Origin: Candidatus Kryptoniota bacterium
Lineage (GTDB): Bacteria > Bacteroidota > Ignavibacteria > Kryptoniales > JAKASW01
Length of the DNA stretch: 64,000 nucleotides
NCBI GenBank assembly: GCA_049966155.1
Contig: JBMFVE010000005.1
Span: 36,330 to 100,329, forward strand
Direction: 5' to 3'
Shown here: positions 30,525 through 39,633 of the stretch, one piece after another
How positions within the stretch are numbered: position 1 is the stretch's first letter
How the letters are laid out: each line of letters begins with the position of its first letter
Position numbers and translations under genes: made by a program
Notes under the pieces: model-generated
Seen by the model: only the letters and a program-made list of their open reading frames with translations
Told to the model about the DNA's origin: nothing
Database searches by the model: none

Positions 30525-30974
30525 CTATTCTGGTGTTCTAACAACCAGAACATTTATTTCTGCTACAACTTGCTGATGAAGTCTGACCTGCACTTTATAT
30601 GTTCCCAGTGCCTTTATCGGATCATCAAGCAAAATCTTCCTTCGGTCAATTTCAATACCCTTCTCAAGCAGCTTTTCAGCAATCATTTGAGATGTGACAG
30701 ATCCAAAGAGCTTATCTTCCTCACCTGCCTGGGCCTCTATTATAATCGAAGTAGATGCTATCTTTTCAGCCAGTGTCTGAGCATCTTTTATTTCTCTGTT
30801 CAATCTGGCTTCATACGCCTTTTTCTCGTTTTCAACCATTTTTAGATACCCGGGCGCATAGGGATAGGCAATTTTTTGTGGAATTAGATAGTTACGAGCA
30901 TAGCCGTCACGAACTTCTATAACCTTCCCAATTTCTCCAAGTCCTTCGTGGTTCTTCCTCAGTATTACTTTCAT
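30525..30974 (-). CDS. rplI: 50S ribosomal protein L9
   Basis: GYARNYLIP, KLFGSVT. Confidence 0.97.
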   Translation of the reverse strand: MKVILRKNHEGLGEIGKVIEVRDGYARNYLIPQKIAYPYAPGYLKMVENEKKAYEARLNREIKDAQTLAEKIASTSIIIEAQAGEEDKLFGSVTSQMIAEKLLEKGIEIDRRKILLDDPIKALGTYKVQVRLHQQVVAEINVLVVRTPE

Positions 30975-31023
30975 ATCAGCTCCTTTAATGATTAAAAGGT
31001 ATCGTTACCCAAGAGGTAAAAGC

Positions 31024-31257
31024 TTACCTGATTATGTCGGACACATATGGCAGAAGTGCCAGATGTCGTGCACGCTTGATTGCAAGCGCGAGTTGGCGTT
31101 GATGTTTGGCACAGGTTCCTGTCACACGACGGGGAATGATCTTACCCTGTTCACTGGTGAACTTTGCAAGCTTCTTCTCGTCCTTGTAGTCAATATAAAC
31201 ATCACCGGTCTCACAGAACCTGCACACTCTTTTCTTTTTGATTTCTTTAATTGGCAT
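31024..31257 (-). CDS. rpsR: 30S ribosomal protein S18
   Basis: CRFC, IDYKD, AIKRAR. Confidence 0.97.
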   Translation of the reverse strand: MPIKEIKKKRVCRFCETGDVYIDYKDEKKLAKFTSEQGKIIPRRVTGTCAKHQRQLALAIKRARHLALLPYVSDIIR

Positions 31258-31267
31258 TAATCTTCAC

Positions 31268-31750
31268 CTATTTTTGTTTTTCTTCACCATTACCTTTGAG
31301 CAAATCCGATTCTTCATCGGTCAAAAATTGGTCAAAAGAATCATCTGTAAATGTGGTTTCTTCATCTTCAGTGCCACCACTGCCGGAGATTTCTGAATAT
31401 CGACCCTGTTTGTTCAGGAACTGGATGCGACGGGCTTTTATCTCCACAACAGACCTATGGTGGCCATCGTCAGTCGTCCAATTGCGGCTCTGAAGCTCAC
31501 CATCTATTAAGACAGCACTGCCCCTTTTGAGCCGATCCCTACAGCTATCTGCAAGTTTGTTCCAGGCAACCACCCCAACGTAACATACATCCTCCTGCCA
31601 TTGGTTCTGGCTGTCCCGAAACTTTCGATTAGCTGCAACTGTAAAATTAACCACAGGAGTTCCATTGGTGGTACGACGAAAAATTGGATCTTTTGTTAAA
31701 TTTCCGGCTATAATCACACAATTCATTTCAGGCATTTTCAAATCGGCCAT
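31268..31750 (-). CDS. ssb: single-stranded DNA-binding protein
   Basis: GNLTKDP OB-fold; lies between rpsF and rpsR. Confidence 0.95.
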   Translation of the reverse strand: MADLKMPEMNCVIIAGNLTKDPIFRRTTNGTPVVNFTVAANRKFRDSQNQWQEDVCYVGVVAWNKLADSCRDRLKRGSAVLIDGELQSRNWTTDDGHHRSVVEIKARRIQFLNKQGRYSEISGSGGTEDEETTFTDDSFDQFLTDEESDLLKGNGEEKQK

Positions 31751-31798
31751 GAGTCCTCCAAATCGTTTGACCTTGTGCTATTGTTAACATTGGCTATT

Positions 31799-32194
31799 TC
31801 ACTCTTTAGCTGGTTCCTCTGATTGATCTGATTGATCCGTTCTGACCATGTGCTGATGGTGAACCTCTTTGATACCAGCTCTAGCTTTTTTCATGTTCTT
31901 GTTAACTGAAACAGTCAGGTATCTAACAATTTCTTCATCCAGCTTAAATGTTGATTCCAACTTTTTCACAATATCACTTGGGGCCCTGTAATTCATCTGA
32001 ACGTAAAAACCGGCATTCTTTTTCCTGATTGGATAAGCCAGCCGCTTTCTTCCCCAGCGATCAATGGAGGTAACTTCACCACCATTGCTTGTAACCAGCT
32101 CAGTGTAACGAGTTATAATTGACTCAATCTGGCTGTCTTCAAGATTTGAATTAATAATGTAAGTTGTTTCGTATTCTTTTTGTGATGTGTTCAT
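31799..32194 (-). CDS. rpsF: 30S ribosomal protein S6
   Basis: YETTYI, WGRKRLAYPI. Confidence 0.97.
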   Translation of the reverse strand: MNTSQKEYETTYIINSNLEDSQIESIITRYTELVTSNGGEVTSIDRWGRKRLAYPIRKKNAGFYVQMNYRAPSDIVKKLESTFKLDEEIVRYLTVSVNKNMKKARAGIKEVHHQHMVRTDQSDQSEEPAKE

Positions 32195-32252
32195 TTATTT
32201 CACCTCCTTTGGTCTTTTAGGCTGCCTGCTGGTGAAGCAGGCAGCAGGTTAT
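32195..32252 (-). promoter_or_regulatory. probable S6:S18 ribosomal leader
   Basis: 10-bp hairpin GCTGCCTGCT/AGCAGGCAGC preceded by ACC and followed by SD AAAGGAGGTG, directly upstream of rpsF. Confidence 0.6.
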
Positions 32253-32274
32253 GAATTGTTATCCTGATCGATTA

Positions 32275-32844
32275 TCAATTGTATTGATTCATAGCTGCTT
32301 CTGTCCCCTCTGTTAAAAACGTTAAAACTGCATCTGTAGCGGTATTTACCATTTTTTCCACGACAGGGATTTCTTCAGGAGAAAATGTTGACAAAACGAA
32401 ACTTGCCATATCGCTGCCCGGCTTCACTTGCTCGTTTCCAATCCCACATCGCAGCCTGGGAAAACGGTTGCTGCCAAGGCTATAGATAATAGACGCGACG
32501 CCGTTATGACCACCGTCGCTGCCCATTTTTCTGATGCGAATTTTTCCAAGCGGCAAGGCAAAATCGTCATATGTTACGAGCATATCAGCAAGGTTAATTT
32601 CAAATCTCTCTATTGCATCCTTAACTGCATTGCCACTGTTGTTCATATAAGTTGTAGGCTTTAGAAGGTATACCTCATCACCGGCGATCGAAAACCTGGC
32701 AAAATAATAGTCGCCTTTTCCCGGAAGAAAATGTTTCTTGAATTTCCGCGCAAGACTGTCAACCACCATAAAACCTACATTGTGGCGCGTTGCTTCAAAC
32801 TCTTTTCCGACATTCCCCAGGCCAACAATCATCTTTCTCGCCAC
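32275..32844 (-). CDS. pth: peptidyl-tRNA hydrolase
   Basis: IVGLGN, TRHNVG, GGHNG; start trimmed. Confidence 0.95.
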   Translation of the reverse strand: MARKMIVGLGNVGKEFEATRHNVGFMVVDSLARKFKKHFLPGKGDYYFARFSIAGDEVYLLKPTTYMNNSGNAVKDAIERFEINLADMLVTYDDFALPLGKIRIRKMGSDGGHNGVASIIYSLGSNRFPRLRCGIGNEQVKPGSDMASFVLSTFSPEEIPVVEKMVNTATDAVLTFLTEGTEAAMNQYN

Positions 32845-32866
32845 AGACTCACACAGTTTAAGCGAC

Positions 32867-33538
32867 TCACTCCTGTTTCCCTTTTTCTTCCTGTTGGCCT
32901 TCAGTTTCTTCAGCCTTCTTTGCTTTTCCGATGACCTCGGGCTCAGCAGGTTGTTCAACTGCAGTCGCAGCTGCTTCAGCAGTTTCTTCTTTAAGCGAAG
33001 GCGGCGGTACAATTGTCACTATTGACGATTCAGGATTATCCAGTACCCTCACCCCCTCCAATTTCAAGTCCTTAACATGCAGGGAGTCGGCAATACCCAG
33101 CTCAGAAATGTCTACAGTAATATGTTCCGGCACATTCTCCGGCGAGCACTGTATCTTAATCCTGTGGAGCGAGTGCTGCACAATTCCGCCATCCTTGACA
33201 CCTTTCGGCGTACCCAGAAGCTGAAGTGGGACCTGAACAATAATCTTTTGTCCTTCTCGCACACCGTGAAGATCAAAATGAATTATCTTGTCGGCAACAG
33301 GATCTATTTGCAAATCATGCAAGATTGCTCGCTGTTCAGTCCCATCATTGAATTTAACTTTAATAACACGTGTCACATGCGATCTTGAAAGATTTCGGAT
33401 TGAAGCTTCATCTGCCTGAACCGCAACATTCTCATTTCCAGAGTAAAAAACCCCGGGGATCTTTTTTTCTTTAAAGAGTTGCTTAGCTTTCTTTCCAATT
33501 AACGTTCGTCTGTCAACTTTCAAAACTACTTCTTCCAT
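32867..33538 (-). CDS. rplY: 50S ribosomal protein L25/Ctc
   Basis: IPGVFY, IIHFDL, GVKDGG; long Ctc form. Confidence 0.93.
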   Translation of the reverse strand: MEEVVLKVDRRTLIGKKAKQLFKEKKIPGVFYSGNENVAVQADEASIRNLSRSHVTRVIKVKFNDGTEQRAILHDLQIDPVADKIIHFDLHGVREGQKIIVQVPLQLLGTPKGVKDGGIVQHSLHRIKIQCSPENVPEHITVDISELGIADSLHVKDLKLEGVRVLDNPESSIVTIVPPPSLKEETAEAAATAVEQPAEPEVIGKAKKAEETEGQQEEKGKQE

Positions 33539-33548
33539 TTTCTTCCTC

Positions 33549-34481
33549 TTACTTAATTTCAAACAATGAACTTATAGACTCATTTTGGTACGTTCTCCTG
33601 ATTGCCTCAGCAAAAAGTTTTGCAACAGACCTCACTTCAATTCTATCTGAGTGTTTTTTCATCGGAATTGTATCGCTAACAATGAGCTTTTTTATTGCCG
33701 ACCTATTAACCCTGTCTATCGCATCTCCACTGAAAATGGGATGGGTACACGCACCGTAAATGTCGTTTGCACCGGCAGATTTCAAAGCATTAACCGCAGC
33801 CGTAAACGTCCCAGCAGTATCAATAAGATCGTCAACAATTAATACGTTCTTACCTTTAACATCTCCAATAATGTTTACGACCTCTGCAACATTTGCCTTT
33901 GGCCTGCGCTTGTCTATCAGTACAAGCTCAGCTTCAAGCCGAGTAGCATAGGCACGTGCAAATTTAATTCCGCCGACATCAGGAGAAACTACAGCGAGAT
34001 TTGGTATCTTCATCTCTTTTATGCATTTCACAAAAACTGCCGATGAATATAAATGATCGACAGGGATATCAAAAAAGCCCTGAATTTGTGCAGCGTGGAG
34101 ATCCATTGTAAGGACACGATCTGCACCTGCATGTGTCAAAAGATTCGCAACCAGTTTTGAGGTTATGGCAACTCTTGGCTGGTCCTTCCTGTCCTGTCTT
34201 GCATAACCAAAATATGGGATGACGGCTGTAACGCGAACTGCTGATGCCCTTTTGGCAGCGTCAATCATAATTAAAAGCTCCATCAGGTTATCAGCTGGCG
34301 GGTTGGTGCTTTGAATAATGAACACATCGGCGCCACGAATATTATCAGAATATTTAACCCAAATTTCGCCATCGCTAAAATTAATTATCTCACGCTCTCC
34401 AAGCGGTTCACCTATTTCTCTCGCTATACTTTCAGCAAGAGGCAAATTACTTCTGCCAGAAAATATCTTTATGCCGTCCAT
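33549..34481 (-). CDS. prs: ribose-phosphate pyrophosphokinase
   Basis: PYFGYARQDR, DLHA, VDDLIDTAGT. Confidence 0.97.
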   Translation of the reverse strand: MDGIKIFSGRSNLPLAESIAREIGEPLGEREIINFSDGEIWVKYSDNIRGADVFIIQSTNPPADNLMELLIMIDAAKRASAVRVTAVIPYFGYARQDRKDQPRVAITSKLVANLLTHAGADRVLTMDLHAAQIQGFFDIPVDHLYSSAVFVKCIKEMKIPNLAVVSPDVGGIKFARAYATRLEAELVLIDKRRPKANVAEVVNIIGDVKGKNVLIVDDLIDTAGTFTAAVNALKSAGANDIYGACTHPIFSGDAIDRVNRSAIKKLIVSDTIPMKKHSDRIEVRSVAKLFAEAIRRTYQNESISSLFEIK

Positions 34482-34563
34482 TAAAGTTCTGTTTTAAGTA
34501 AGAATTGCATATTTCAAGCGAGAACAATTATTTATTTACTCATTTATCAAACAGATAATCTTG

Positions 34564-34635
34564 CTGGGGCGGTAGGATTCGAACCTACGGATGACGGCTC
34601 CAAAGGCCGTTGCCTTACCACTTGGCTACGCCCCA
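34564..34635 (-). tRNA. tRNA-Gln(UUG), CCA not encoded
   Basis: TGGGGCG acceptor stem, anticodon loop CT-TTG-GA, GTTCGAATC T-loop. Confidence 0.96.
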
Positions 34636-34657
34636 AGTTTTCTGGACTCTTTCCACC

Positions 34658-34782
34658 AAAAAACTCCCGATAGCCGAATTGTTTCCTACTCCCGGCAATC
34701 CCTTCACGGAAAGGAGACTTGAGGAAATTGCTCCGTTTTTCCAACCCGTTGAGAAGCCGCTGGAATTGTTCCTACAGGAATA
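34658..34782 (-). ncRNA. candidate ~120-nt structured ncRNA or leader upstream of tRNA-Gln
   Basis: Follows TTGATT-N16-TATATT; 5' and 3' ends pair; nested stems; ends in U6. Confidence 0.5.
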
Positions 34783-34863
34783 AAATATAGCTTCCTCATC
34801 CTAAAAATCAAAGCCTTACATCTCCCCGCAAAAGTAAGAGCTCTCGACATGGAGAGTGTGAAC

Positions 34864-35892
34864 TTAATCGATTTTTACTACAACTTTCCCAGTAGTCTTT
34901 CCACTCTGCAAACGGTGTATCGCCTGCAGCATTTGGTCGAATTGAAACACGTCACCAACATACGGCTTTTTTAGCCTCAGTTTGACAATTTCATCCAGCA
35001 TTGCTTTTAACATATCGACACGATCGTAAAGCCAGATAAGATTAAATCCAAGAACCGATTTGTTGGACTCTATTAGCTCAAGTGTATGGTACCTTGGGAG
35101 CAAAAAATATTGTCGTGCAAGGTTAAAGTAGTTCGGTCGGGTGTTACCAGTTGCAAACTGAGACAGTCCGTAGGCAACCAACCTGCCGGTTAGCGAAAGC
35201 ATGTCAAAGCTCTCACGCTGTATTCTCCCACCTATTGAATCGAGGACAAGGTCAAGAGGACGCCCATTGAGTGCCTTCCTCAGGTCGCCTTTAAAATTCC
35301 TGCTGCGTATTATAACAGCGTCGCATCCCTCTTTTCTTGCAAGATCCGCTTTAGAAGGACTGCCAACAGTACCAATTGTATAGGCATTAAATTTTTTTGC
35401 AATCCTATTGGCATAAACTCCAACGCCCCCCGCAACACTGTGGATTAAAACAGTTTGTCCTTCCTTCAGACCACCCATTGGTAGCAGAGCATAATATGCA
35501 GTCAACGCCTGAACAATAAACGATGCGCCTTCCTCAAAACTCCAATCGTCAGGAATGCGTGTTATGTACCTGTGATCAATATTTAAGTGGGTTGTGTACG
35601 AACCAAACCTAATTGAACCCATCACGCGATCATTAATTTCATAATTGTTAACCCTCTTACCCTTCTCAACGATAATCCCACTGAACTCAAGACCTGGAAT
35701 AAAATCCTTCTTTGGTGCAGCCTTGTATAGGCCAAGAATAGTGAACAGATCGGCAAAATTCAAACCTATAGCCTTCACCTCGATACGTACCTCGTTTTCG
35801 CCGACTTCGCTTAATTCCTCTTCTACCAGTTTAAGATTGTGGAAAGATCCAGGTTTGGTAATTCTATAAGACCATCTCCTCATAAATATCAA
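34864..35892 (-). CDS. NADPH:quinone oxidoreductase-like MDR (VAT-1-like)
   Basis: GLNFAD, PGLEFSG, HSVAGGVG, TTGKVV. Confidence 0.88.
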   Translation of the reverse strand: MIFMRRWSYRITKPGSFHNLKLVEEELSEVGENEVRIEVKAIGLNFADLFTILGLYKAAPKKDFIPGLEFSGIIVEKGKRVNNYEINDRVMGSIRFGSYTTHLNIDHRYITRIPDDWSFEEGASFIVQALTAYYALLPMGGLKEGQTVLIHSVAGGVGVYANRIAKKFNAYTIGTVGSPSKADLARKEGCDAVIIRSRNFKGDLRKALNGRPLDLVLDSIGGRIQRESFDMLSLTGRLVAYGLSQFATGNTRPNYFNLARQYFLLPRYHTLELIESNKSVLGFNLIWLYDRVDMLKAMLDEIVKLRLKKPYVGDVFQFDQMLQAIHRLQSGKTTGKVVVKID

Positions 35893-35953
35893 CCTCTAAA
35901 CAACGAAGGCATTCATATAAATTAACCAGCATTGTAAGCTTTCAATCTTCAAA

Positions 35954-37282
35954 TTAATCAGGGAACTTTTCAACCGGCACTTCACTATCGACATCCAGAT
36001 GCGTTATGGGTAATTCGTTCATCATGATCCTCAGCGTATTCTTCAATTTCATCAACTGAATGAATAGATCGTGTTCTGCAACACTTCCCGCATCGTGAAC
36101 CGGACTCTTGAAATAAAAAGAGAGCCACTCTTGAACTCCGCTCATACTGGCGCGCTGAGCTAAATCAGAAAACAATACAGAATCGAGGACAATTGGAGCA
36201 GCTAATATGGAATCCCTGCAGAGAAAATTAATTTTCAGCTGCATGGGATAACCCAACCACCCAAATATATCGATGTTATCCCAGGCCTCTTTATTATCTC
36301 CTCGTGGCGGATAATAATTTATCCTGACCTTGTGGTAATAGCTTCCATATAGCTCTGGATACAGTTTTGGCTGGAGAATCCCTTCTATTACCGAAAGCTT
36401 ACTTTCCTCCTTTGTCTTAAAGGAATCAGGATCATCAAGAACCTCACCGTCTCTGTTCCCGAGGATGTTAGAAGAAAACCAACCGCTCAAACCAAGCATT
36501 CTTGCCTTCAACATCGGGGCGATGACCGTCTTTAGCATCGTCTGGCCGGTCTTGAAATCTTTTCCCGCAACAGGCACTTTCTTAACCTTAGCAAATTCCA
36601 TTAAGGCATGAGTGTCAATGGACAAATTAGGAGCACCCATGACAAATGGGGCGCCCTCCGCAATTGCGGCATAAGCATATAACATGCTGGGAGAAATGTC
36701 AGGGTGATTGTTTTTCATTCCATCCACAAATTCTTCCACTGAAGAATGTACCTTACCCGGTTTAATATAAACTTCTGTGCTGCCAGACCATACGACAACC
36801 ACCCTCTCCAGTTCATAAATTCTCTTAAAATCTCTAATATCTTCTCTAATTTGCTCCATTAAATCGTACTTGGTCGAACCTGTTTTCACCCAATCTCCAT
36901 CGAGCCTTCTTACGTAGTTCTTATCAAAGACCGCTCTCATTGGCTTGAGACCTTCCATCTCTATCTTAACTTTATCAAGATCGGAATCACTGAGAACCTG
37001 CGCCACCTTTGCTCCTTGATAAGGAGTCTCTTCTCTTATATCCCATCCGCCGAACACGAGATCGTTTAAATCGGTAAGTGGCACAAAATCTTTTATGCGA
37101 GGAAAATTTTCATCGCTTCGCTTACCAATTCTTATCGTGCCCATTTGCGTTAACGAACCGATTGGCTTCGACAATCCCTTTCTAACAGCAAATACACCTG
37201 CCAAAAACGTTGTTGACACGGCACCATTCATGCCAACAATCAGTACTCCTAACTTTCCGCTTGGTGTTTCTACAATTGGCAT
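35954..37282 (-). CDS. ino1: myo-inositol-1-phosphate synthase
   Basis: GKDFKTGQT, NILGNRDG, DSILAAP, YFKSP. Confidence 0.93.
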   Translation of the reverse strand: MPIVETPSGKLGVLIVGMNGAVSTTFLAGVFAVRKGLSKPIGSLTQMGTIRIGKRSDENFPRIKDFVPLTDLNDLVFGGWDIREETPYQGAKVAQVLSDSDLDKVKIEMEGLKPMRAVFDKNYVRRLDGDWVKTGSTKYDLMEQIREDIRDFKRIYELERVVVVWSGSTEVYIKPGKVHSSVEEFVDGMKNNHPDISPSMLYAYAAIAEGAPFVMGAPNLSIDTHALMEFAKVKKVPVAGKDFKTGQTMLKTVIAPMLKARMLGLSGWFSSNILGNRDGEVLDDPDSFKTKEESKLSVIEGILQPKLYPELYGSYYHKVRINYYPPRGDNKEAWDNIDIFGWLGYPMQLKINFLCRDSILAAPIVLDSVLFSDLAQRASMSGVQEWLSFYFKSPVHDAGSVAEHDLFIQLMKLKNTLRIMMNELPITHLDVDSEVPVEKFPD

Positions 37283-37459
37283 GTTCACAACCTTTCTTTT
37301 ACTAATTAACTTTTTATGCACACATTACACAGGAGACTTAATACAATTTAAGAGATACTTACTCATACTTGCAAACAAAGTTCTATACCCCTGCCTTTAT
37401 ACCTGTTAATTTGTTTGAGTCGACTTGTTACATGAGGTTAGCCTACCTAAATTTAAATA

Positions 37460-38359
37460 ATGAGTGAGAATGCACTAAAAATCTTATCCCCCGGGTTCAT
37501 CTCTGAATTGTCTTCAATGGAACTTCGTGCTCGACTGATTGTTGAAGGATTTTTAGTTGGACTGCATAAAAGTCCATACCACGGTTTCAGTGTTGAATTT
37601 GCAGAACACCGTCAGTACTTCCCCGGGGATGATATAAGTAATATCGATTGGAAGGTTTACGCAAGAAGCGAACGACTTTACATAAAGCAATACGAAGAGG
37701 AAACAAATTTGAAAGCATATGTCTTGCTGGATGCCAGTAATTCAATGGGATTTAGAAAAGACGGAGAAATAAGCAAGCTCGAATATGCTGTTTACCTTGC
37801 GGCAGGGTTAATATATTTAATGATGAGGCAGCAAGACGCAACAGGCCTTGTGATATATGACGAAAAAATCCGCAAGTTTTACGAACCACATCTGACATAC
37901 TCATATACAAAATTATTACTGACTGAACTTTCTTTGGTAAAGCCCTCCTCGAAAACTTCCACTGCATCTGCTCTTTCCGTCCTTGCGGAACGAATCAAGC
38001 GTCGGGGATTAATAATTCTAATCAGCGATTTCCTCGATGACTCCGATAGTGTCCTTACGCTTTTAAAACATTTTCGTCATAAAAAAAATGAAGTAATAGC
38101 CTTTCATATTGCAGACAATGCAGAACTAAATCTTGGTTTTGCTACAGATGCGGTATTCACAGATATGGAAACAGGGGAAAAAATTGCAGCGCAACCTCTC
38201 GCACTGCGGAAGGTTTATTCAGAAACGGTCAAATCTTTTATTTCAAATCTTCGAAACACATGTCTTGAAAATAACATTGACTATAACCTCATATCTACAT
38301 CGATATCTTTCGATCGTGCACTGACTGCTTACCTTGCGAGACGAGCAAAAATGTTTTAA
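37460..38359 (+). CDS. DUF58 (VWA-like) protein
   Basis: G.H.SPYHGFSVEFAEHR.Y.PGDD...IDWK; LDASNSM. Confidence 0.92.
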   Translation: MSENALKILSPGFISELSSMELRARLIVEGFLVGLHKSPYHGFSVEFAEHRQYFPGDDISNIDWKVYARSERLYIKQYEEETNLKAYVLLDASNSMGFRKDGEISKLEYAVYLAAGLIYLMMRQQDATGLVIYDEKIRKFYEPHLTYSYTKLLLTELSLVKPSSKTSTASALSVLAERIKRRGLIILISDFLDDSDSVLTLLKHFRHKKNEVIAFHIADNAELNLGFATDAVFTDMETGEKIAAQPLALRKVYSETVKSFISNLRNTCLENNIDYNLISTSISFDRALTAYLARRAKMF

Positions 38360-38382
38360 TTAATGCTGTCGGCACAGTAAAA

Positions 38383-39585
38383 ATGGAACCCTTTCTTGCT
38401 ATCATTTTCGGACTTCTTTTCATATTATTGCTGTTTCTCATTATTCAGAACAATAATCGATCGAACCTTGAAAAATTAAGTCTTAACCAAATAGTTCAAA
38501 TGGTTTCCATGTTCAAGTCAGAAGTTGATTCCACTATCCGGTCTGTTACAGATTCAATGAGAACAAATATCGAATCATTCAATAACACCATTCGACTCGT
38601 CAGTGAAGCTATGACCAGAAGTATGGAAGAAAATCGCTCAGGTACCAATGCTCAAATCGAACAAATGTCCAAACAAATTTCTCAGTTGACAAGCATAGTG
38701 GCAAATCGTGTTGAGAGCCTCCGCGGTGCATTAGAACAGCGAATGACAAGTTTTGAAGGACAGCTGGGCGGAACGCTTTCAGATGCCAACAGGCTTTTCT
38801 CTTCTTTAAAAGAAGATTTTGGAGAACTAAAAAAATCAAGTAACAACCTCATGGAAATCGGAAAACAAATAAATCAGCTCCAGAATATTTTAAACAGCCC
38901 AAAGCTCAGGGGCAATTTCGGAGAAACTGTTCTTGAAGAGCTCATTAAACAGGTAATTCCACTAGGACTATATGAATTTCAGTATACATTTCGCGATGGA
39001 ACAAAAGTTGACGCTATAATTAAAACTTCAGATCGTATTATCTCTATCGATTCAAAATTTCCGATGGAAGATTTCAGACGTTATACCGAAGCAATAACCG
39101 ATGCTGAAAGAAGCCAAGCCCTGAATAAATTTGTTCTTTCAGTAAAAAGGCATGTTGATGCAGTTGCTGAGAAATACATTAAGCCCAGTGAAAACACTTT
39201 TGACTTTGCAATCATGTTTGTCCCATCTGAAAGTATTTACTACGAAATTCTCCTTCAGGACAAGGATAACGACGGTGTGTACATGTATGCGCTTAGAAAA
39301 CATGTTGTTCCGGCCTCCCCTAATAGCTTCTATGCTTACCTTCAGGCCATAGCAGTCGGGCTTAAGGGATTGCAAATAGAGAAAAATGCCAAGCTTGTCC
39401 GTGATCAAATTGCCCAACTTGAAAATACACTCTCAAAATTCGAAGATTTTTTTGAAACTCTCGGCAAACATATCAACAATACTGTCAACAAATACAATGA
39501 ATCTCACGAAGCACTGGCAAAGTTCAAATATAGGTTTGATGAAATAAAGCGTCTTGAGGAAAACGAACAGGGACGGGTGGAATAA
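38383..39585 (+). CDS. rmuC: DNA recombination protein RmuC
   Basis: N-terminal TM and coiled coil, RGNFGE, IDSKFP, KYI, MFVPSE. Confidence 0.92.
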   Translation: MEPFLAIIFGLLFILLLFLIIQNNNRSNLEKLSLNQIVQMVSMFKSEVDSTIRSVTDSMRTNIESFNNTIRLVSEAMTRSMEENRSGTNAQIEQMSKQISQLTSIVANRVESLRGALEQRMTSFEGQLGGTLSDANRLFSSLKEDFGELKKSSNNLMEIGKQINQLQNILNSPKLRGNFGETVLEELIKQVIPLGLYEFQYTFRDGTKVDAIIKTSDRIISIDSKFPMEDFRRYTEAITDAERSQALNKFVLSVKRHVDAVAEKYIKPSENTFDFAIMFVPSESIYYEILLQDKDNDGVYMYALRKHVVPASPNSFYAYLQAIAVGLKGLQIEKNAKLVRDQIAQLENTLSKFEDFFETLGKHINNTVNKYNESHEALAKFKYRFDEIKRLEENEQGRVE

Positions 39586-39633
39586 TGCCTAATTAATGAA
39601 CCAGTTTGTATTCGTACAAAGGAGAGGGACAAA

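Noticed and set aside
34547..34744. 65-aa minus-strand ORF
   Set aside because: It overlaps tRNA-Gln and the structured RNA
34660..34782. 5S rRNA, SRP RNA or PRPP/ykkC riboswitch identity for the structured RNA
   Set aside because: Similar size, but it lacks the 5S CCGAAC loop, the SRP CAGG/AGCA motif and the ykkC consensus
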